From: Candidatus Binatia bacterium
GTDB taxonomy: Bacteria > Desulfobacterota > Binatia > Bin18
NCBI GenBank assembly: GCA_963666315.2
Contig: CAXXHG010000019.1
Location: 1-58,917 of the forward strand
Length of the DNA: 58,917 bases
Reading direction: 5' to 3'
Below are positions 43,161-52,869 of the stretch, one piece after another (within the stretch, counting starts at the first letter, position 1; each line of letters begins with the position of its first letter). Made by a program: the position numbers and the translations under genes. The notes beneath the pieces were generated by a model, which did no database searches, was not told where the DNA came from, and saw nothing but the letters and a program-made list of their open reading frames with translations.

Positions 43161-43495
43161 AATAAGGACTGGGGGGGTCTTGGTGGTGGCCGCCGGCTCC
43201 CCACACGACTATCGAAATACCCCTACCGCCGCGCTGATTGGCGACTTCTAGCGGCCATATCATTTCGCCATAACGCATCAGAGCGATATATCAGAACGGT
43301 CGCTATGCATGAGACCACTAAGCACCTGTCCGTCGGCCTCCACGGCGGTCCAACGCGGTAACATCTTGAAATCACTAGAAATACAGAAAGAGCGTGCTCA
43401 TCCCGGAGCGGGTGGCACGGTTCGTGCTGTATTCCTTAGTATCCCGCCCATACTGTGAGACACAGCAATTGACTGGGCGGGATAAGGAGGACCCT

Positions 43496-44215
43496 ATGAT
43501 GAAGCACACCCTGTCAGCGATGGTGATGATAACCCTGTCGGGTAGCGTCGGAAATGTGGCGGCTGACGATAGTAGAGTTTTGAGAGACCTTGTTTCTCGG
43601 TTCACTTCGCTGCAATCGGAAGTGAGCGCGTTAAAAGCGCTGCAATTGCAAGTGACCCCGTTAAAAGCGCTGCAATCGAAAGTGGCAGTGTTAGAGGCCG
43701 CGTTAGAGACCAAACAAGACGCGATGGACTGCCTGTATCAAGTCGGGACTGACCTGTACGTTGATGCTTGTAATTTGCATGTACAAGACGGGACCGCGTC
43801 CACGTTCACGACTAATCCAAATGGCCTCGGCAATCTTATTGTCGGTTATAATGAACACCACCCAGATGGAAGCGAAAAGACGGGCTCCCATAATGTGATT
43901 GTTGGGGCGTTTCATACTTACACGAATCTGGGTGGTCTCGTGACTGGCATCAGTAACACAATCGCCGGGCACGGTGCCGCAGTAACCGGGGGACAGGAGA
44001 ATGTCGCGAGCGGGTGGGGGTCCTCGGTGAGCGGAGGATATGCAAATGAGGCGAGCGAGTACGTGTCCTCGGTCAGCGGAGGCGCGGGCAACACGGCGAG
44101 CGGGGACTTGTCCTCGGTGAGCGGAGGCCAGGCCAACACGGCGAGCGGGGTAGCGTCCTCGGTCAGCGGGGGATTTCTGAATGTCGCCGATCAAGGGAAT
44201 GAAACTCTTCCCTAG
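43496..44215 (+). CDS. Secreted coiled-coil plus SVSGG-repeat (beta-helix-like) protein
   Basis: TAAGGAGG RBS, signal-like N-terminus, 10-aa coiled-coil repeats, GLGNLIVGYNE...GSHN, 14-aa SSVSGG..N.ASG repeats. Confidence 0.75.
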   Translation: MMKHTLSAMVMITLSGSVGNVAADDSRVLRDLVSRFTSLQSEVSALKALQLQVTPLKALQSKVAVLEAALETKQDAMDCLYQVGTDLYVDACNLHVQDGTASTFTTNPNGLGNLIVGYNEHHPDGSEKTGSHNVIVGAFHTYTNLGGLVTGISNTIAGHGAAVTGGQENVASGWGSSVSGGYANEASEYVSSVSGGAGNTASGDLSSVSGGQANTASGVASSVSGGFLNVADQGNETLP

Positions 44216-44268
44216 CCCAACCATGTTCACACTGTGATGGCGCAGACTCTGCAGAGGCGCGCCGACTC

Positions 44269-44300
44269 ACCGCCCGGGGTCCCTCCTTCCCGGGCGGTTT
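44269..44300 (+). terminator. Hairpin downstream of the repeat-protein gene
   Basis: ACCGCCCGGG-N10-CCCGGGCGGT followed by a short T run. Confidence 0.5.
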
Positions 44301-44658
44301 CCGTTGCACTTTCCACGGCGCAGCCTCCATTTGTTTCGCCGGCTTACACTACACAGGGCCTACAGTGGCCCGCAGGTCTTTCGTGTTCGAGCCACCGTCC
44401 CCCCGTGAGGGCATGCGACACTTGGCGTCCGCTTGCCGTCCGCATACGCGCATAGAGTTTTGCTACTTCGTACGGTAAGCGATTTTTGCTTTGATTGTCG
44501 GGCGTCGTCTTTTAGAGACTGTCTCAGCGCGCTCGGCGATAACCTTCGATAATGACCGCGAGGACAGTTACCCGATCCTCGGTAATTCGGGCCTTTCGGA
44601 GAAACTCACATAAGTGTAATTTTATGCTAATCACTATAAACCACGTAAGGAGTCTCAA

Positions 44659-45084
44659 ATGGCAAGCGTCAATGTCCAAGAAGAAGTTGCAGCACCTGCT
44701 AAGAAGGTATGGGACTTAATTTCAGATTTTGGTGGCATCCAGAAGTTCGCCGATCCGAGGTTCATCACCAAGTGCGAGTGCAATGGCGACACCCCTGGCT
44801 CCGTCCGAATAATAACCCTGGCGGACGGTGAGAAAATCCAGGAGAGGCTCGAAACCTTCGAAGGACAAGCTTACCGCTTTAGTTATTCAATCTTGGGGGA
44901 GTGCTCTATACCGGTACGAGACTACTTGGCCACCACAAAGGTTACAGCGATTGATAAGAATAAATGTCAGATCGACTGGCAGAGCACTTTCAATGCTGTT
45001 GGACCTGCAGAAGAGGCCGAAAAAATTATCAGAGGCGTCTACACCGGCGGAGTGATCGGTATTCGAAAAGCTCTAGGGTTATAG
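44659..45084 (+). CDS. SRPBCC (polyketide cyclase/dehydrase-like) protein
   Basis: APAKKVWDLISDFGG, GSVRIITL..G..IQERL; TAAGGAG RBS. Confidence 0.85.
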   Translation: MASVNVQEEVAAPAKKVWDLISDFGGIQKFADPRFITKCECNGDTPGSVRIITLADGEKIQERLETFEGQAYRFSYSILGECSIPVRDYLATTKVTAIDKNKCQIDWQSTFNAVGPAEEAEKIIRGVYTGGVIGIRKALGL

Positions 45085-45423
45085 GAATATTGACGAGATT
45101 AATTGATACCCGACGGATCGCGAAATCGCTTTGTGAGGCGTCAAACCACCCTTTGCCAAACAAGGGAGCTCCTTCATGGATGCACCAGGAACAGGCGCCG
45201 CACGTGGAATACCAAGTTGCCTACTATCCAGGACGTTGCTCCCTGTGTTGTTCGGAGGGAAGCGGACAATCCTCCGGGTTCCGTCGTCCACTATGAACCA
45301 ACAAATATCAATGTAGTGTCTTGCCCAGGCCGCCCTACGTGCGCTAGGACACGATAATGCGATGGTTCTTCACCATATGCCTCCTTGTGACTGCCCTCCA
45401 CAGTAACCCGGGCGCCCCTCGTT

Positions 45424-45437
45424 AAGTTGACAGTACC
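45424..45437 (-). mobile_element. Orphan IS6-family terminal inverted repeat
   Basis: AAGTTGACAGTACC, identical to 49808-49821. Confidence 0.6.
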
Positions 45438-45615
45438 CCTGGCACGCCTCGACTAGTCTCGTTAACGGACGATGATACAACGACCCTGCTGGATACGTTT
45501 CGGGCGCAGGCCCTTGATAATCGAAAGGAACTCCATGCCTCTGACCAACACACGGTCGAGCTACACGAGAGATGTCCCCTTCAGGATCAAGCGCTCCACT
45601 GTTGTAATAGCAAAA

Positions 45616-46950
45616 ATGCGGGGGGGCCGAGTTTGTCTACTGTTGTTTTTCGCAGCCGTGTCCTTTGTAACGTGGCCTCACCTGGCCTCTTCTGCCGGAG
45701 ACGAGTCCAGCCGGACGTGGCGATTGCTGTCGGAACTCCCAGAAGAAGCGCTCGAAAGAATCGATTTGTCGGCGGACACCCCCCGAGACGGACAGATGCC
45801 CTACCTTCCGGCCGAACCCTATCCTTTCTCGCCACCCTATACTGCGGAGGAGATGGGCTATCGGGCTATGGAATTCCCACATATGCCACGCTGGAATTGT
45901 TCCCAGATTGAAGACTTCGCTTCCATCATGCCGAGTGGCTATCTCTTCAATGGGAAGACGACGGTACTGGTGCGCCATGAGCAACCGGAGGGGTTGGAAG
46001 GCTACCTCTCAGCGAAGCCGGGCGAGGTATATGCCCGATGGCTGTCGCAGGATACCGCTCCCCCCGAAAATCTAGGCAACCAGATGTTGATGAGCCATAG
46101 CCGGACAGACAAGCAGTTTTCCAAGAAAACGGACATGTTTGGCTACTCGCCAATCCTTCGTCGGGTCCGGCGCTTTCCCCAACCCCGCCGCCAAGACCGA
46201 TTTCCAGACCAGCCCATCACGTTTGACGACTTCCTAGGACGGGACGCGTGGGAATTTTCGTGGCGCGTTATCGGGACCGACGTACTCACGGAAACGGTCC
46301 GTTTCCCACGTACTCGCACATCGATCACGTTGCAGACTGGCGACGGGTCTTTCTCCGACGTAGCGACTGATTCCTTTCAGCTCATGGGTGAGGAATATGC
46401 GCACTACGAACCCAACGGTGGGGTCAAATGCTACCTTCTGGAAGCGCGTGCCAGAGAGGATTGGGTCCCCGATTATTATGCGCCCCGCATCTTGTACTGG
46501 GTTGACCAGCAGTATTTCTATCCACTGCGTACCGAGCAGTACGGACCGGACGGTAAACTGCTGGCTGCAGAAGTACGTTTAGCGACCCTACTCAACCCGG
46601 CGCTCAAAGAGCGAGGCTATCACAACATCATCACAGTATGGTGGAACGTTCAGCTAGACTTCCTGGCCTACGCGGTGCATGACGGCCATAGGGTGCAGCG
46701 GTGGTCAGAGGAAGATATGAATACGTTTTTCCACCCCGATTTCATGCGGCGGGTATGGTTTCCCGTGCCGATGAAGACCCTCGCCACGGTGTTCACTCCA
46801 GAAGAGTTCTTCCTTCGTCCGCATCTATATCGTGAGAAATTCCCGCAAGAACGGCAATTGTTGCTACCTGGGTCGCTTGTGACCCTTATCGATGCCCAGA
46901 ATGCAGCTGGCCACCTCGTGTTTGATAAGCAAACTGCAACAGCCCGGTAA
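45616..46950 (+). CDS. DUF1329-like exported protein
   Basis: Signal peptide; YSPILRRVRR, TFDDFLGRDAWEFSWRVIG, YYAPRILYWVD; start uncertain. Confidence 0.7.
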   Translation: MRGGRVCLLLFFAAVSFVTWPHLASSAGDESSRTWRLLSELPEEALERIDLSADTPRDGQMPYLPAEPYPFSPPYTAEEMGYRAMEFPHMPRWNCSQIEDFASIMPSGYLFNGKTTVLVRHEQPEGLEGYLSAKPGEVYARWLSQDTAPPENLGNQMLMSHSRTDKQFSKKTDMFGYSPILRRVRRFPQPRRQDRFPDQPITFDDFLGRDAWEFSWRVIGTDVLTETVRFPRTRTSITLQTGDGSFSDVATDSFQLMGEEYAHYEPNGGVKCYLLEARAREDWVPDYYAPRILYWVDQQYFYPLRTEQYGPDGKLLAAEVRLATLLNPALKERGYHNIITVWWNVQLDFLAYAVHDGHRVQRWSEEDMNTFFHPDFMRRVWFPVPMKTLATVFTPEEFFLRPHLYREKFPQERQLLLPGSLVTLIDAQNAAGHLVFDKQTATAR

Positions 46951-47191
46951 AAGGCAGAGCCTGGCGACGGAGGCTTGTACTTTGGTCAAAATTTACGGGC
47001 TAACGACTCACTCCATTTCCTCGTCAAACTCGCCACGTCCTATTTTGTCAGGTTCCGGCAGCAGTAGTGACGGTTTCGTCGTTCCTACATCTCCGAGCTT
47101 CTCAGATGATTTCCGGCTGGCATGCCATGGCCCCCGCTTCACGGCAGACAAGTGGCCTTGTCTGCACAGTTCGGTGATGAGCGGGAAGAGC

Positions 47192-47440
47192 GGTTCTGTC
47201 AAGTTACCGAAACGAACACGCACTTCACGTAGTGTGAGGCTGAATGGAGCGTCCCCTTACGCTACTTCCAGACCTGCTGCCGTCACATGTCGCCAGGTTA
47301 TAAACGCTCGATCTCGAAACAGCCGATAATGGATGGCCTTCATGAGATGGCGTCCGATCCGAAAGAGATTGTTGATGGGGCTGTGTACCGAGAGAAAGCG
47401 TTGAACCTGTCGTGGAGACTTAAATCGGCGCAAACTTCTC
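47192..47440 (-). mobile_element. IS6-family right end: IR plus transposase C-terminal fragment
   Basis: GGTTCTGTCAAGTT at 47192; RRFKSPRQVQRFLSVHSPINNLFRIGRH. Confidence 0.85.
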
Positions 47441-47861
47441 TGCGGACTATCGCACCGATAACACGTAACCAACAATCCGTTCTTCATGAGGACAAGCCAC
47501 GGAGCCGCCCGTCGAGCCAATCTCATTCTAACCAGAATCATTTTATTCTCGATACTTCAACAACGCCGCATGACGTAATAAAATCTTGGCTCGCAGAAGA
47601 TCAGTCACGCGTGAAAGGACAAGGCGCCCAATCCTGATCGAAAGTAAAAACGAAACGACACCACCATAGGAGTTTGACGACGGTTATGACTATGTCACCC
47701 GGATCAGAGGTTACGGGCGCAAACTAGTTCAGGACCCATCGAACCGCCAACGGGTTGGACGTACCGAGGAAGAAGTAGGGCCCGACAACTTCACATGTTA
47801 ACGGTGGTGCGGTACCCTTTTTAGACTGTACGGTCCGCTCTATGAAAGAGAGAAGGCTTTT

Positions 47862-48494
47862 ATGGCTGCGACAGAAAGTGTCATTGAGAACAACATCATC
47901 CGCAACCGCGACCAGTTGGGTTATGCCGATGCACTCTGTATTCGGCGGGTACGCATGGGGCGAGGCTTTGGTGAGGTCGACCTCATGCTATTGCCCAGAT
48001 GCGGTCCACATCGCCTTGTCCTGGTCGAAGCGAAACTGGGAAAGTCGCCGGACGCAAGAGCGAAGGTCATCGGGCAATTATTATGGTATTACGCGGGGGC
48101 CTTGGCTCTGGGTACGCATGGCCTCAACCTACTGCAACAATTCGCGAGCAGCACTCCCCTGGTAGCCCGGAGTGCGACACGGAAGGGGCTGAAGACTTTG
48201 ACCGGCGGCATAAGCCCTCCCGATCTTGCCTGGCAGGAACTCAAAAAGGGACGAATACTTAAGCCCCAACAGATTGGACTTTGGCTGGCGTTTGACGGCC
48301 CACCATCGCCGGGACTCAAGACTGCACTTGACGGTCTCGCCAGAAACCACGGCCTGCATATTGGCATCGTGTCGGTCCTGGGCAGGAATCGGCTTCAAGT
48401 CCACTCAAACGTGCTGTCATCTCGGGTCATCACATTAAGATACGGTTTCGTTGAGGCGTCATTCGAGCTTGTAGGCCTTGCTCATCACCGATAA
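47862..48494 (+). CDS. Putative PD-(D/E)XK nuclease (NucS/RecB-like motifs)
   Basis: E..IE, GEVDL, LVEAK, VIGQLLWY. Confidence 0.55.
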   Translation: MAATESVIENNIIRNRDQLGYADALCIRRVRMGRGFGEVDLMLLPRCGPHRLVLVEAKLGKSPDARAKVIGQLLWYYAGALALGTHGLNLLQQFASSTPLVARSATRKGLKTLTGGISPPDLAWQELKKGRILKPQQIGLWLAFDGPPSPGLKTALDGLARNHGLHIGIVSVLGRNRLQVHSNVLSSRVITLRYGFVEASFELVGLAHHR

Positions 48495-48561
48495 AAGGGT
48501 CCCAGAACAAAAGGCTGGGCGGTTGTCGGGAAGATAGTTCCAAGGACTAATGGAGGGCGAA

Positions 48562-48870
48562 ATGAAGAGGTTGTCTTTGGCGGTTGTCTTTATCGTAGCG
48601 TCCGCGACGTTTGCGCACGCTCAGTACCAACACGGTTGGAAGAACTACGAGAAGCCGCAGCCCGGTTATACCTACGGCACCAGAGAGACCAACCCGTACG
48701 GCCCGGGCGGCTCGAAGTCCTACGGCCCGGGCGGCGGTAAAAGCTACGGTCCTGGCGGCGGCGAGAGCCACGGCCCTGGTGGTGGTCGGAGTTATGGGCC
48801 CGGTGGCGGTAATAGTTACGGCCCGGGCGGCGGTAAGAATCTTACAAATCCGTGGAAGCCGATGCGCTGA
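48562..48870 (+). CDS. Small secreted Gly-rich protein with six YGPGGG-type octapeptide repeats
   Basis: GGAGG RBS, signal peptide ending AHA, 24-nt repeats 48697-48840 varying at wobble positions. Confidence 0.8.
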   Translation: MKRLSLAVVFIVASATFAHAQYQHGWKNYEKPQPGYTYGTRETNPYGPGGSKSYGPGGGKSYGPGGGESHGPGGGRSYGPGGGNSYGPGGGKNLTNPWKPMR

Positions 48871-49104
48871 GAGTGATTCGCTCTGTACGGCTTCCGCGTC
48901 CCGGAATTTCTTCCAATACCGTGTGGCAAACCTCTCTCCCCATTTAAGCAGATCGTGCGCGAGATCAAGGGGGAGCTTCGTTGTCCCCCCCTGATCCCTA
49001 TTTGAGGGACTCCTGATATATGGAAATATCACTGCCTGTATGGGTCCGTCCTGGGTCCGTTTTACGGGCCATTATGCACGACTTTGCACGGTTTTGCGCA
49101 CCGC

Positions 49105-49446
49105 AAGTCCGCTAAGTTATTGAATTTTCATAGATTGCGAAAGAATTCGTAATCAGTAGGTCGTCGGTTCGACTCCGATGGGTGGCCTCCTCTAACCCCC
49201 TGCTTTTGCAGGGGGTTTTTCGTTGTTATCGCCTCTCTACTACGCCACGTCCGGTGGTATGGTCACCATATGGTCACCATGAGAGAATATCTTCAACTAG
49301 AGTGCTCGCGATATATAGAGCCCTTTAGGCAGCTGGAAAATGTGGCTTCTTTTAGACTTGGCGGCATGACAAGCGCCTCTACGGTCCCGGATAGTACACC
49401 CATTCCCCCCGAATCCCCGTGAAAGTCCCGCGAATTTTCACAACAG
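49105..49446 (+). repeat. attP-like repeat with tRNA-Thr(CGT) 3' half, copy 2
   Basis: Aligns with 41200-41553; tRNA fragment at 49145-49186. Confidence 0.85.
49194..49220 (+). terminator. Rho-independent terminator after the tRNA-Thr fragment
   Basis: AACCCCCTGC-TTTT-GCAGGGGGTT-TTT. Confidence 0.75.
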
Positions 49447-49593
49447 GCTGCAGCCTGGAGATCGCGTGGGCCTGCCGCAACTACGCCCGCCGACCAACCG
49501 CGAGGGTTGTAGCAAGGGGAAGGGCGTAGGACTCACCTTTTTGCTTGCTCTGTGGCTGACGCTGTGGAGCCCGCAACGGACCACTCCTCCGGC

Positions 49594-49821
49594 CTACGGC
49601 TGACGGACCGCTTCATAACTGACGATCACGCCGCGCTCGGCTAACAACTCTTCGACCTCGCGGAAGCTGAGGCTAAAGCGATGATACAACCAGACGGCGT
49701 GGGCAATAATCTCAGGCGAAAAGCGGTGTTTTCTATACAGACCTGTGCTACGAGAATTTATGCCCCTGTTACGACACAGGACATTGATGGTTGGCAAGTC
49801 CCTCGATAAGTTGACAGTACC
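49594..49821 (-). mobile_element. IS6-family left end: IR plus transposase N-terminal fragment
   Basis: YRKHRFSPEIIAHAVWLYHRFSLSFREVEELLAERGVIVSYEAVR; IR 49808-49821; a second IR at 49868-49881. Confidence 0.85.
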
Positions 49822-50000
49822 ATCCTGTGGTTACTGCGCCCCCCGCATCACTTCGCAAGGGACCAACAACTTGACAATACCACGCGTAGAGCTTCGCGGC
49901 GCGGTACCGGAACGCGGCCTTGACGGTGCCGCCCAGCATGATAGGGGATACTCATCACTATGGCGCACTCTACGAGAGATTGGACGCTAAGGAGGGGCAC

Positions 50001-51146
50001 ATGACAATCACGATTGACTCCGACGCCCATGTCGTCGAACCGGTGGCATTGTGGCAGGAGTATGCGGACCCGGCCGATCACGAGCTGATACCCAAGGATG
50101 CTCTCGGCAAGGTCAATCCCGACCAGTGGCCGGAACAGGTATTTACCGATGCCGGTGGACGGGATTGGGTCCAGATCAATACTTCTAATCCCAAGTCGAT
50201 TGTCGGATTGTGCACCCCGGGTGGGCTGACCGAAGCCGAACGAGCTCGCAGCCTAACGTGGGATGATATGCGGCCTGCGAGCTACGACCCTCATGTACGA
50301 ATCAAAGAGATGGATGCTGTCGGAGTCGACGTGACGATGCTCTACCCTACCCTCGGTTTGTTCTTTGGAAGCCTTAGCGATCCTCAGCTTGCTGCTGCAG
50401 CCTGTCGCGGGTACAACAATTGGATGGCGGATTTCTGCCAGCCCTATCCCGACCGACTCTACAACGTTGCGCCTGTTCCTCTCCAGGGCGTCGATGAAGC
50501 AGTGAAGGAGATGCGCCGAGTTGTAACCGAGCTGGGAGTGAAAGCCGTTATGATTCGCCCCAACCCGTACAAGGATCGCAGATTGAGCGATCCGGCGTAC
50601 GGACCGTTCTGGGCCGAGGCCCAAGAGCTGGATTGCACGGTCGGACTCCATAGTTCGGTAACCGGGGACATGCCTACCGTCGGATTTGAGCGCTATCCAG
50701 ACTTCTTTCGGCGCATGGTGATTGCACATCCCTTCGAGCAACAGATGGCGTGCATGGATCTGATCTGTGGTGGCGTACTCGAGCAATACCCTCGTTTGCG
50801 CATAGCCATCGTGGAGACAGGAGGTGGGTGGCTCCCATATTGGTTGGCTCGCCTCGATGATTTTCATGGCATACTCGGCCGGATGCTGCCACCCCTAAGC
50901 CTCAAACCCAGCGAATATTTCCAGCGGCAGTGCTTTCTGGCGTGTGAATCCGATGATGTTGCATTCAAAATGATTGAGGCATTGGGTATGGAAGACGTCC
51001 TGATGTGGGCGTCGGATTATCCGCATTTCGATTGCGAGGGACCAGACAGCGCAAAAGAATTGCGGGAAAGCTTGGAGGGCCTGCCCGAAAGCGTGCAACG
51101 GAAAGTGTTCGGCGAGAATGCAGCGAGGTGCTATGGGTTGGAATGA
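50001..51146 (+). CDS. Amidohydrolase family protein
   Basis: IDSDAHVVEP, LYPT, YNNWMADFC, ETGGGW, WASDYPHFD; TAAGGAGG RBS. Confidence 0.9.
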   Translation: MTITIDSDAHVVEPVALWQEYADPADHELIPKDALGKVNPDQWPEQVFTDAGGRDWVQINTSNPKSIVGLCTPGGLTEAERARSLTWDDMRPASYDPHVRIKEMDAVGVDVTMLYPTLGLFFGSLSDPQLAAAACRGYNNWMADFCQPYPDRLYNVAPVPLQGVDEAVKEMRRVVTELGVKAVMIRPNPYKDRRLSDPAYGPFWAEAQELDCTVGLHSSVTGDMPTVGFERYPDFFRRMVIAHPFEQQMACMDLICGGVLEQYPRLRIAIVETGGGWLPYWLARLDDFHGILGRMLPPLSLKPSEYFQRQCFLACESDDVAFKMIEALGMEDVLMWASDYPHFDCEGPDSAKELRESLEGLPESVQRKVFGENAARCYGLE

Positions 51147-51212
51147 GGCGCCCGAGCAGGGCATAGGAAGGAAAAGCTGCGTTTTCGGCAGGTCCGATAA
51201 GTACCGGTTCAG

Positions 51213-51385
51213 TCAACTACCTCCCTCCAAGCCGAGCGCCTGAATCGTCCCAAACCTTTGACTGGCAGCGATGACGTACCGTTTCAGGCTCTTTCCGTCT
51301 CGGTGCCCGAGGTAGCGCTGAACGTCTACCTCGGCGGCTCCCCCGGCAACGGTTGCCCGCGCCGTTGAAATTTTCAAATTAGATG
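51213..51385 (-). pseudogene. Degenerate C-terminal remnant of a tyrosine integrase
   Basis: Manual translation NLKISTARATVAGGAAEVDVQRYLGHRDGKSLKRY resembles box II LRHSxA...VQxxLGH...Y; ~400 bp from the att core. Confidence 0.5.
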
Positions 51386-51559
51386 TTGGCCGCTATCCAA
51401 CAGAGGACGAAGGACTTGAAGCCCTCCGCCAAGACCCCTCCGGCGTGAGGAGATGGGATGGTCCGTATGTCAAGAAAAAGATTCTCGCAGATCCCTGGGA
51501 CAAGGCCTATGTCTATCGCACTGCCGGTCGGAAATTCGAGATCCTTTCGTACGGGGCCG

Positions 51560-51779
51560 TGATCATCAGATAGCGTCTGATCCAAAAGCGATCATGGATC
51601 GGGCTATGGACGGAGAGAAACTGAGAGGCTTGTCCGGGAGATTTGAATCAGTGCGTCTGGGCAGCAAAGACGACCATTGTCCGCCTTTTGTCCGTGTACT
51701 GTAGCATAAGAAAACCAATCATAGTCCAACAAAAATCGACTAGGGCACGAAAATGACTGGGTATGTTAGGCTGGTGTAG
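51560..51779. repeat. IS6 C-terminal fragment plus att left arm, copy A
   Basis: Minus strand FKSPGQASQFLSVHSPI; then CATTGTCCGCCTTTTGTCCGTGTACT...AAAATGACTGGGTAT..TAGGCTGGTGTAG; aligns with 57688-57889. Confidence 0.8.
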
Positions 51780-51798
51780 GCAGGTGTCGCAGCCGACA

Positions 51799-52032
51799 CT
51801 TGAATGGCATTCAAGAGGTCGTGAGTTCAATTCTCATCGGCTCCACTCCTTTTCTCCTTTCCTTTCAGTAGTTTAGCGAGTTCTTCCTTCGCTCCATTTC
51901 AGTCCTGAATCGGCTGGTGGCTGTAGTGATGGCTGTTGGTTATCGAAAAGTGCGTAGTTCAGCGTATTCAGCTTCCCTTTCCTCTGCGAATTGAGTTGTC
52001 CTTCTGCCTATTTCCTGCTCTTATCTCCCCAG
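51799..52032 (+). repeat. tRNA-Ala att core (3' fragment) plus downstream arm, copy 2
   Basis: Direct repeat of 37012-37246; the tRNA 5' half is absent. Confidence 0.9.
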
Positions 52033-52052
52033 GGTCAGGGGGAGTCCCAGCG

Positions 52053-52695
52053 GTGAAATTCTCGGAGATAGTGGATCAGGCCGGCGAGTTGCTCAAACGC
52101 AAAGGGCGGGTGTCGTACCGGGGCTTTGACGCGTGAGTTTGCGCTCGACGCAGAGGCGCTGGAAGATCTCAAAGAAGAACTCATCGACACCCTAGAAGCT
52201 GCGGCTGATAAAGACGGCAAGATGCTCGTCTGGATAGGCGATGGAACCACTCCCCCTTAACTAGCCCCCTCAACGTAGACTCGCCAACACTTAGCCGAAG
52301 GTATCCGGGCCGAACAACAAGCCATGGAATCCCGGGGGGCCCTGCAGCTGATGATGGATGCCGTACACCGGTACGATAGCCATGTGACGCAGGCGTTAGG
52401 GGACGGCATCTTTGCACCGTTAGGTGCCCCGATCGCCCATGAGGATCATCCGCAACGGGCGTTGTATGCAGCGCTCTGGATGCTGGAGGAGATGCAGGGT
52501 ATGGAGATCAGGTCCGATTGCAACATGGCGTGCCCCTCAAGGTGCGGGTGCGTATCAAAACGGGCGAAGTCGTCGTGCGTTCGATTCGGTAAGGATGACC
52601 TGCATAGGGACTATGTGCCCGTGGGGCACTCCACGAACCTCGCAGCACGCATGGCACAATAGGCTAATCCAGGCTCGATAGTAGTGACGGGGCGT
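52053..52695 (+). pseudogene. N-terminal remnants of an adenylate/guanylate cyclase-ATPase regulator
   Basis: KFSEIVDQA..LLKRKGRVSYR, LEDLKEELI, ALGDGIFAPLGAPIAHEDHPQRA, VGHSTNLAARM*; frameshifts and deletion. Confidence 0.8.
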
Positions 52696-52869
52696 GAACA
52701 CTCGCAGCCCCAAACGCAACACCAGCAAGACCACCTTGGACTAAAAGCTGACGTCGGGTCAGATTGCCTTCAGAGTTTTTTTCAGGCTCATCCAGACCGC
52801 TACAGACAAAACACGCGCCGTGAAGATCGGAAGAAGACATCATGGTAGACGGCTGACCTCCCCCGCCTG

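Noticed and set aside
48697-48840. CRISPR-like 24-nt periodic repeats
   Set aside because: No spacers; units are in-frame codons varying at wobble positions; no cas genes
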